Assembly: GCA_963781885.1 (NCBI GenBank)
Contig: CAWAHW010000002.1
Location: 928,001 to 992,000, forward strand
From: an uncultured Spirochaetota bacterium
Lineage (GTDB): Bacteria; Spirochaetota; Spirochaetia; SZUA-6; Fen-1364
Length of the DNA: 64,000 bases
Reading direction: 5' to 3'
In this document: positions 57,204 through 64,000 of the stretch, piece after piece
How the letters are laid out: each line of letters starts with the position of its first letter
Position numbering within the stretch: the first letter of the stretch is position 1
The notes under the pieces: generated by a model
What the model was told of the DNA's origin: nothing
Database searches by the model: none
Seen by the model: the letters and a program-made list of their open reading frames with translations, nothing else
Translations under genes and position numbers: made by a program

Positions 57204-58862
57204 TCAGTACCGGAACGCACTCTCTCCGATAAACTCCCGCAAGATCGACGTCGCGGGCACCCAACGCGGGTGCAGGGGGGTGAAGTTTGAAAGGAAAGAA
57301 AGGAGCGTCCGCGCGTCCTGGTACTCGGCCGTGTCGGGCTTCACGGTGGCAAGAAGGGGTTCCGCGTACACCTTCAGCACCGCGAGCTCATAGTCGAGCG
57401 CGGAGTTGAAGGCGGAATCCGCTGAGTTCTGAAACGGGAAGATGTTCCTGTCCTCGCCACGCCGCACGGAGGGCCACATGGAAAGCGTCTGCAGCGCCGA
57501 GTGGCCCCGGAACTGGCTGTCCCGCACCATTCGGCGGATGAGCCGGTTGTCGGTCGTGGAAATCCGGTTGTGGTCGTCGAGATTGAGCTGCGTCAGAGCC
57601 GAGACGTAGATCTTGTGCTTTTTTTCGCGCGGCACGAGGGGGGTAAGCTCGTCATTCAGGCCGTGGATGCCTTCCAGGATGAGGATCGCACGATCGGGCA
57701 GCTTCAGCTTCCTTCCCGAGGGCTTGCGCGCGCCGGCGTGGAAATCGAAGACCGGCGTCTCCACTTCCTCATTGGAAAGAAGCCGCACGAGCGTATCGTT
57801 GAGAAGCTCCACGTCCAGCGCGTGGAGGGACTCGAAGTCCGGCTTTCCCTCCTCATCCAGCGGAGTGAGGGAATGGGGCTTGTAATAGTCATCGAGTGAG
57901 ATCGTGACGGGATTGCGGCCGACGACGCGGAGCTGGATCATGAGCTTCTTGGAGAACGTGGTCTTCCCCGAGGATGACGGCCCCGCGATGAGAACGACCT
58001 TCACCTGGTCGCGCCGGGCGTTGATGCGGTCCGCGATCTCCGCGATCTTCTTGTCCTGGAGGGCTTCGGCGATCTGCACGAACTCCTGGATACTGCCGTC
58101 CCTCACGAGCTCATCGAGCCTTCCGACGGATTCGACGCGCAGGATTTTTCCCCAGTTCTTGTATTCCCGGTAAATGGAGAAAAGAATGGGGTTCTCCACG
58201 AACGGCCCGATGCGCAGAGGGTCTTCTGATGCCGGGTAGCGGAGGAGAAAACCGGGCGCATACTCCATGAGGGCGAACTGTGCCAGGAGGCCCGTGGACG
58301 GAACGAGCGGCGCGTGGCTCAGGTCGAGGAAGCCCTCGCACGCGCTCACGGCCACGGCAGGATCATTGCGGTTTTTCAGGAGAAGGAGCGTGTCAGGCTG
58401 GTGATGCTTCTGGAAATAGGCGATGGCTTCCTGATAGGACAACGACAAGGCGCCAATGGGCAGGTTCTTCGTGACGAGGGCCCGCATCTCTGCTTCGATC
58501 TTTGCGAGGTCTCCCACCGAGACCGAGTCCAGGCCGTCGAAGTAGTAATAGTATCCCTGCCCGAGAGAATGCCCGACGATTAGTCGTCTTTTCGGGAATA
58601 TCCTTGTCGCCGCCATGGAGAGGAGAAAACACAAGGAGCGGCGGTAGATGGCCAGGCCCTGTCTGCTTCCCAGGTCTACAGGGGCGACGCTGCAGTTCAC
58701 CAGGAGTGGATGATGGAGGGAAACCACCTCGTTGTTGACCAGCGCGGCGACCGTCGGAAGCCCTTCAGCGGGGAAAGAGGGGTGGCGCGCGACCTCGCTC
58801 GCGGAGGTACCGGCCGGGAACTCCCGTGTTTCCCCGCCGGGAAAGGTGACGCGGACGTTCAT
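57204..58862 (-). CDS. Nucleoside (uridine) kinase with ThrRS-like N-terminal domains
   Basis: Start MNVRVTF at 58862; AGPSSSGKTT, SLDDYY, EGIHGLN, RRMVRD. Confidence 0.9.
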   Translation of the reverse strand: MNVRVTFPGGETREFPAGTSASEVARHPSFPAEGLPTVAALVNNEVVSLHHPLLVNCSVAPVDLGSRQGLAIYRRSLCFLLSMAATRIFPKRRLIVGHSLGQGYYYYFDGLDSVSVGDLAKIEAEMRALVTKNLPIGALSLSYQEAIAYFQKHHQPDTLLLLKNRNDPAVAVSACEGFLDLSHAPLVPSTGLLAQFALMEYAPGFLLRYPASEDPLRIGPFVENPILFSIYREYKNWGKILRVESVGRLDELVRDGSIQEFVQIAEALQDKKIAEIADRINARRDQVKVVLIAGPSSSGKTTFSKKLMIQLRVVGRNPVTISLDDYYKPHSLTPLDEEGKPDFESLHALDVELLNDTLVRLLSNEEVETPVFDFHAGARKPSGRKLKLPDRAILILEGIHGLNDELTPLVPREKKHKIYVSALTQLNLDDHNRISTTDNRLIRRMVRDSQFRGHSALQTLSMWPSVRRGEDRNIFPFQNSADSAFNSALDYELAVLKVYAEPLLATVKPDTAEYQDARTLLSFLSNFTPLHPRWVPATSILREFIGESAFRY

Positions 58863-60022
58863 CCCTGGCCCTTGACTTCTTTCGCTTCTTCCGGCGTGAG
58901 GACGCCCGTAATCGTCAGGCCCTCGGTGTCGGAGACCTGGATCTGGGGCGGATCGACGAGCCTTTTCCCATCGGGATCGAAGATGACCTTCACGATGGGG
59001 CAGCGCGGCTTTGTCGGATCGGTCTTCACGACAACGCCCTTGCTGTAGTTCGAAAGCTGGACCGCCGTGCCCACCGGGTAAACCGACAGGGTGTAGACGA
59101 GGGCCTTGAGGACCTTTTCGTCGTACTGCTTGCGGTTCTTTTGGGCGAGATCCCTGATGGTCGCGTGGCCGTCCAGGGAGCCGAGACGGAACGGCCGGCG
59201 GGAGACCATTGCGTCGTAGGCGCACACCACGCTGATAATGAGCGCATAGTCCGTGATCTTCGGCGCGGCGAGGCTTCGCGGGTAGCCGCTGCCGTCGATC
59301 CTTTCGTGATGCTCCAACGCCGCGAGGGCCACGTTCTCCGGCACGGAAAAGCCCTTGAGGATGCGGTAGCCCAGCAGCGTGTGCGCCATCATGGCCTTGC
59401 GCTCCTCCGGGCTCAGACTCTTCGACGAGCGCTGCAGCTCGGCCGGGAGCTTCATCATGCCGATCTCGTGGAGGATGCAGGCGTTGCCCAGCTCGATGAG
59501 CCGGTGCGGCGGGCTCTTGAGGTAGTCGCCGATGGCAAGAGCGAGAATGGTCGTGTTGACCGCGTGGGTGATCAGGTACCGCTCGCTCTCCGCGCTCGTG
59601 TCCAGGAAGCGCAGCAGGTAGTCCCTGTTGTCGTGGACCATCTGCATGGCCTTTTTCACCCAGTCGGTGACCTGGCCGAGACTCAGCACGTTCTCCGCCG
59701 AGTATTTCGCGAACAACCCGGTGATGAATGCCGTGAACTCGCCATGGAACTTCTGCGCCGCGGCGACTTGCTCGCCGTCGCGGATGTCTTCGTCGATGGT
59801 CTGCGTCGCCACCGCCGACGAGCTCGCTCCCGAAAGGTAGCCGGGGACGTCCTTTGCCCGTCCATCGGACAGGACCTGGAGGTAGCGCCATTTTTGGAGT
59901 CGCTTCACGAGCTCCGGCGTGATCGGCGAGTCAGGCGTGAGGAGTATATAGTTCTTGTCCAGGTACACCGGCTGATCGAAGTAGGTGTTGGGTACCAGGC
60001 CCGCGAGTGAAATGCCCTTCAT
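58859..60022 (-). CDS. HD-GYP domain protein (HE variant)
   Basis: THAVN, LHEIG, HHERIDGSGYP, YDAM, YPVGT. Confidence 0.9.
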   Translation of the reverse strand: MKGISLAGLVPNTYFDQPVYLDKNYILLTPDSPITPELVKRLQKWRYLQVLSDGRAKDVPGYLSGASSSAVATQTIDEDIRDGEQVAAAQKFHGEFTAFITGLFAKYSAENVLSLGQVTDWVKKAMQMVHDNRDYLLRFLDTSAESERYLITHAVNTTILALAIGDYLKSPPHRLIELGNACILHEIGMMKLPAELQRSSKSLSPEERKAMMAHTLLGYRILKGFSVPENVALAALEHHERIDGSGYPRSLAAPKITDYALIISVVCAYDAMVSRRPFRLGSLDGHATIRDLAQKNRKQYDEKVLKALVYTLSVYPVGTAVQLSNYSKGVVVKTDPTKPRCPIVKVIFDPDGKRLVDPPQIQVSDTEGLTITGVLTPEEAKEVKGQG

Positions 60023-60058
60023 ATCCTCCGACCTTTCAGGTCTTTCCGGGCCTCCCCT

Positions 60059-60087
60059 TTGACGGGGGGTTCGGTTTTCCCTACTAT
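60059..60087 (+). promoter_or_regulatory. Sigma70-like promoter
   Basis: TTGACG, 17 bp spacer, TACTAT. Confidence 0.55.
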
Positions 60088-60112
60088 GTCACCCTTATTA
60101 TAGGAGAATCTC

Positions 60113-60949
60113 ATGAAAATGAAAGCCATATTTATCGTGTTGAACGCTGCCCTGGGCGTTGCCTTCCTCGTGATATTCTTCGCCCCCCTCATCCTTTTCG
60201 GAAGCGATTGGTTCACCCTCACGTGGCAGCGGACATGGCCGATCGCCGTCATTTTTGTGGTCACCCTCGGCGGCGTCGACGTCTATTTTCTCCTCAACTG
60301 GAAGCTTTTCCGTGGTCTCGAGAAGGAGGACTGGGCCTCGGTGGCAGGGACGCTGGAGCACCGGATCTTCGGCGGCGGGCCGGTCATGGCCTCCAATGTG
60401 CGCATCTTGCTGAATACGTACCTCGTCACGTCGAATACGGACGGCATTGCGGCGCTCGAGGCCTATCTGCAGAGAAAAAAGGCCGCCCTTGTTCCGAAGT
60501 TCGGGCTCGCGTTCGGCATTCCCCATCTGTTGTCCAAGGATGCCGCCGAGTCCGAGCTCTTCTTCCGTACGCTCCTCACCCTGCCCCGACTGACGGACCG
60601 CGACTGGGTGAAGTGGAATCACGCATTCAGTCTCCTGCAGCTCAAGAGGGCGGAGGAGGCGCGGCGGGGCCTGGACGAGCTCAGCGAAAAGGTCTCCGAC
60701 CCCATCCTCATCCTTCTTTCCCTCTACCTGCTCGACGTCCTGGCCCGCAACGATTCCAGCCTGGAAGCAAAAGTATCGGCGCGGCGAGCCGCGTTGAAGA
60801 CGCGCTACACACCCGCGCTCTTGCAGAAAGCCATCGATAAATCGAGCGGTAATATGCAGGTCATCGTGCTTTCGCGGCTTCTACAAGACGCCGCACAATG
60901 GCTGTATGCCGTAGGAGAGCCAGCGCCCGTCTCGCAGGAGATACACTGA
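60113..60949 (+). CDS. Hypothetical membrane-anchored helical protein
   Basis: AGGAG SD; two N-terminal TM helices followed by a helical soluble domain. Confidence 0.75.
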   Translation: MKMKAIFIVLNAALGVAFLVIFFAPLILFGSDWFTLTWQRTWPIAVIFVVTLGGVDVYFLLNWKLFRGLEKEDWASVAGTLEHRIFGGGPVMASNVRILLNTYLVTSNTDGIAALEAYLQRKKAALVPKFGLAFGIPHLLSKDAAESELFFRTLLTLPRLTDRDWVKWNHAFSLLQLKRAEEARRGLDELSEKVSDPILILLSLYLLDVLARNDSSLEAKVSARRAALKTRYTPALLQKAIDKSSGNMQVIVLSRLLQDAAQWLYAVGEPAPVSQEIH

Positions 60950-60998
60950 CCCGCCTTGCGCGCGCCGCCGCGGTGCATCGCCGGTCGGTGTCACCTCG

Positions 60999-61667
60999 CT
61001 AGAACAGGTTTCGCTTTTCCCCCAGCGTCACGTAGCCGAAGTCGTTCAGCACGTGGATCAGCACCGGTGCCCAGATGCTCTGCGACCAGTAGAAGCTGAG
61101 GCAGCAGAAGACGCCCAGCAGCGCCGCGCCAAGCCAGACAACCTGCCGGCGGGAAGAGACGACGGCGACCATCGTCGACAGCGCCGTGGCGATGACCAGG
61201 GCGGTGAATGTCCCCCAGATCGACGCGAGGACCATGAAGAAGACACCACGGTAGAAAAGCTCCTCGCTGGGCACCTGGAACAGCAGGATCACCAGCTGGG
61301 ACGCCACGAATCGTTTCGTCACGACAAAGCGGCTCTTGAACACGCCCCTGTTCCACACGAGCTGAAAGGCAAGGAAGGCGGCGCCCACGCCGAGGCCCGT
61401 GATGAGGCCGGCGGGCGTCAGCCGCAGGGCATCGGGCTGCAGCGAAGCGAGTATCGCCACGCCGAAGGCGAGCTGCGCCGCCCGGACGATGGAGTCGATC
61501 ACGAGGTTTTTGAAGGAATAGGGGAGGGCGAGCATGTGGATGAGGAGGCCGACGGAGAGGATGGAGAGATCGAGCACGCTTACCGCGCCGGCGAAAGACG
61601 GCGCGCCGTGGTGCTGACAGAAGCCTTCCATTCGAGTGTCTATAGCCGTTTCGGCGAATGTGCGCAA
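60999..61667 (-). CDS. CPBP (Abi/CAAX) intramembrane metalloprotease
   Basis: EELFYRG and SIWAPVLIHVLND motifs; start uncertain. Confidence 0.8.
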   Translation of the reverse strand: MRTFAETAIDTRMEGFCQHHGAPSFAGAVSVLDLSILSVGLLIHMLALPYSFKNLVIDSIVRAAQLAFGVAILASLQPDALRLTPAGLITGLGVGAAFLAFQLVWNRGVFKSRFVVTKRFVASQLVILLFQVPSEELFYRGVFFMVLASIWGTFTALVIATALSTMVAVVSSRRQVVWLGAALLGVFCCLSFYWSQSIWAPVLIHVLNDFGYVTLGEKRNLF

Positions 61668-61695
61668 GTGCGGAGACCGGCAGCGGCATGTTGCG

Positions 61696-61724
61696 TTGAC
61701 ACCGTATCAGGACGGCGTTAGGAT
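61696..61724 (+). promoter_or_regulatory. Sigma70-like promoter of the FecCD/BtuCD operon
   Basis: TTGACA, 17 bp spacer, TAGGAT. Confidence 0.6.
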
Positions 61725-61829
61725 CATCGCGGAAAAATCCATGACGCACGGCAGCACGGCGAGGTCACGGCAGAAGTCTTTCACGCGGCACCGGCGCACC
61801 GCGCGCGTCTTTTCCTCCGTAGGATAGCG

Positions 61830-62864
61830 GTGAAGCGGGGGACTGTCCTCACATTCGTCGTCCTTCCCGTGCTGCTCCTTGCCGCGCTTCTTGCCGCCGT
61901 GGGGATCGGCGCCGTCCGCGTGCCCCCGATCTCACTGATTCGATACCTCCTGCACGAAGCCGGCTTCCGCTCCGTCGCCCTGCCCGATTCCCGTGACATC
62001 ACGATCCTGATGCTCCTCAGGCTGCCGCGCGTGCTCGCCGCGATGCTCGTCGGGTCGGGGCTCGCCGTCTGCGGCGTGGTGATGCAGGGCCTGTTCCGCA
62101 ATCCCATGGCGAGCCCCGACGTGCTGGGAATCTCGGCGGGCAGCAGTCTCGGCGCCGTCGTTTCGATCGCGACGGGCCTCGCGTCGAGGTCGCTCTTTAC
62201 TCTGCCTGCCTTCACGATCGTGGGGGCATTCCTCTCCGCGGCGTGCATCTACCTGCTGTCCACCTCACGCGGGACGACGTCGCTCCTCTTCATCATCATC
62301 GCCGGCATGGCCATCTCGTCGCTCTTCAGCGGTCTCACCTCCGCGCTGCTTCTCTTCTCGCGCGACTACGAGGTGAGCCAGTTCATCTTCTGGACCATGG
62401 GCGGCCTCGACGGCCGCGGCTGGCAGCATCTGCTCTTTTCGGCCCCGGTGCTCATTCCGGGCATGATCGCCCTTTCCTTTTTCGCGCGCGAGCTGGACCT
62501 CTTCTCACTCGGGGAGGAGGGTGCGCTCTCCCTGGGCATGCACGTGGAGAGGACGAAACGCCTCCTCCTTGCCCTCACCGCGGTCATCACCGGCGTCGCG
62601 ATCGCCGTCGCGGGCCCCATCGCTTTCGTCGGTCTGCTCGTCCCGCACCTCATGCGTTTCATCGTGGGCTCTGGCCATCGCACCCTCATTCCCGCCTCCG
62701 CGCTGGGAGGCGCCCTTTTCCTCGTGCTCTGCGATCTGCTGGGGCGCTCCATCGCCCCGCCCTTCGAGATCCGCGTCGGCATCATCACGGCGATACTCGG
62801 CAGCCCGTACCTGCTCAGCCTCATCGTCCGCATCCAGCGCCGCGGCGCCCGGGGTGCACCGTGA
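61830..62864 (+). CDS. FecCD/BtuC family iron-chelate or cobalamin ABC permease
   Basis: RLPRVL, QGLFRNPMA, LGEEGA.SLG, FVGLLVPH, VGIITAILGSP. Confidence 0.93.
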   Translation: MKRGTVLTFVVLPVLLLAALLAAVGIGAVRVPPISLIRYLLHEAGFRSVALPDSRDITILMLLRLPRVLAAMLVGSGLAVCGVVMQGLFRNPMASPDVLGISAGSSLGAVVSIATGLASRSLFTLPAFTIVGAFLSAACIYLLSTSRGTTSLLFIIIAGMAISSLFSGLTSALLLFSRDYEVSQFIFWTMGGLDGRGWQHLLFSAPVLIPGMIALSFFARELDLFSLGEEGALSLGMHVERTKRLLLALTAVITGVAIAVAGPIAFVGLLVPHLMRFIVGSGHRTLIPASALGGALFLVLCDLLGRSIAPPFEIRVGIITAILGSPYLLSLIVRIQRRGARGAP

Positions 62865-64000
62865 GCGGGCCCCTCCTGCAGGCGCGCGGCATCGGTTGGC
62901 GCGTCGGCACGAAGCACATCCTTTCGGGCGTCGACCTCGACGTGGGCCGCGGCGAGCTTGTCGGGATCATCGGCCCGAACGGGGCGGGAAAGACGACGCT
63001 CCTGCGCATCCTCTGCGGTCTCCTGCAGCCATCCGAGGGCGTGGTCAGCCTGGACGGCCGGGACATCACCACGATCGAGCGACGCAGCCGGGCCCGGAGC
63101 ATCGCCTTCATGAGCCAGGAGACCTCGCCGTCATTCCCGTTTCAGGTGATGGACGTCCTCCTCATGGGGCGCTACCCGCATCTGCGCCGATTCGAGCCGG
63201 AAACCGCCGATGACCGCGACAGGGCCCGGCGCATGCTGTCGTACGTGGGCCTGCTGGGGCTGGAAGAGAGGAGCTTCGCCGAGCTTTCAGGCGGCGAAAG
63301 ACAGCTCGTGCTTTTTGCGAAGACGCTCGTCCAGGACACGGACGCGGTGATACTGGACGAGCCCAGCTCGAGCCTCGACATCCGCCACCAGGACAGGATC
63401 TTTTCCATGGCGCAGGAGCTCGCGCGGGAGAGCAGGGCCGTCGTCACCTCGGTGCACAACCTCGGGGTGGCCGCGCAATACTGCAGCCGGCTCGTCCTGC
63501 TGGACCGCGGACGCGTCGCCGCCTCCGGCCGTCCGGAGCAGGTGCTGCGCGCCGACATCCTCGACAGGATCTACGGGATCCGCACGCTTGTATCGCCCAA
63601 CCCCGTGACGGGAAGCATGACGGTCTCGGTGATCCCCTGGCGCGCCGGGGTCTCGGGCAGTCGCATCCATCTCATCGGCGGCGCGGGGTCCGCGGTCAAC
63701 CTCACGCGCGAGCTGTACCGCCTGGGCTGCGTGCTGTCGGGGGGCATTGCGCACGAATACGACTCGGATGAGAAGCTCTGGAAGAGTCTCGGCATCCCCT
63801 GCGTCACCGTCGGCGCTTTTTCGCGGATCACCGATGAGCAGGTGAAGGAAGCCGCGGCCCTGGTGGAAGAAGCCGATGTGACGGTGCTCTGCGCGTTTCC
63901 CGTCGGGCCGGGCAACAGCGGGAACCTCCACCTTGCGGCGCGGGCGCGCCGCCTGGTGGTGCTGGACCCCGGGATGGAGGATGCGCCCCGGACATTTTTC
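62861..64000 (+). CDS. FecE/BtuD-like ABC ATPase with C-terminal extension (runs off the window)
   Basis: GTG at 62861; hand translation gives GPNGAGKTT, LSGGERQ, ILDEP, then an extra IHLIGGAGS domain; absent from the ORF track because there is no stop in the window. Confidence 0.88.
   Translation, partial: MSGPLLQARGIGWRVGTKHILSGVDLDVGRGELVGIIGPNGAGKTTLLRILCGLLQPSEGVVSLDGRDITTIERRSRARSIAFMSQETSPSFPFQVMDVLLMGRYPHLRRFEPETADDRDRARRMLSYVGLLGLEERSFAELSGGERQLVLFAKTLVQDTDAVILDEPSSSLDIRHQDRIFSMAQELARESRAVVTSVHNLGVAAQYCSRLVLLDRGRVAASGRPEQVLRADILDRIYGIRTLVSPNPVTGSMTVSVIPWRAGVSGSRIHLIGGAGSAVNLTRELYRLGCVLSGGIAHEYDSDEKLWKSLGIPCVTVGAFSRITDEQVKEAAALVEEADVTVLCAFPVGPGNSGNLHLAARARRLVVLDPGMEDAPRTFF

Noticed and set aside
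60999-61667. Abortive-infection defence role for the Abi/CPBP gene
   Set aside because: CPBP proteases are common membrane enzymes, and there is no defence-island context
61725-61829. Cobalamin riboswitch or leader peptide (MTHGSTARSRQ...) before the BtuC-like gene
   Set aside because: The leader is only about 100 nt with no recognisable B12 box, and the short ORF lacks an SD and informative codons; an Infernal scan would settle it

Overview
High-GC (roughly 65% by eye) bacterial chromosomal segment. The gene content and order look spirochaetal (class Spirochaetia): gltX-glyQS, rpsT-hup-lnt, bactofilin-cinA-rho-rpmE, galK-surE-TPR-NHL, M23-bactofilin-yaaR-ricT, and a TGS-fused nucleoside kinase with an HD-GYP protein. 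About 67 CDS, mostly housekeeping and metabolic: a sugar ABC/GH172/nucleoside hydrolase locus, tryptophanase, a Gld-like ABC exporter, DsbD, three aminoacyl-tRNA synthetases, two Lnt paralogues, a GH42 beta-galactosidase, a four-subunit 2-oxoacid:ferredoxin oxidoreductase, separate MetH-type modules and a FecCD/BtuCD transporter. I saw no rRNA, tRNA, CRISPR array, transposase, integrase or recognisable defence island. Eight genes, including rho and tyrS, carry single-base frameshifts that are most likely assembly errors; seven of the eight sit next to CCGG. The most notable items are: a 58-aa zinc-ribbon gene missed by the ORF track, with its own promoter and terminator (candidate spirochaetal ribosomal protein); short repeats forming GGA-loop hairpins (possible CsrA sites); a degenerate GIY-YIG-like gene facing two stand-alone cNMP-binding proteins; a free-standing cyclase-tail TPR protein; and a homologue of the plant/cyanobacterial At5g03900 family. 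No novel multi-gene system can be firmly demonstrated from the sequence alone. Family assignments come from motif recognition, not database searches.
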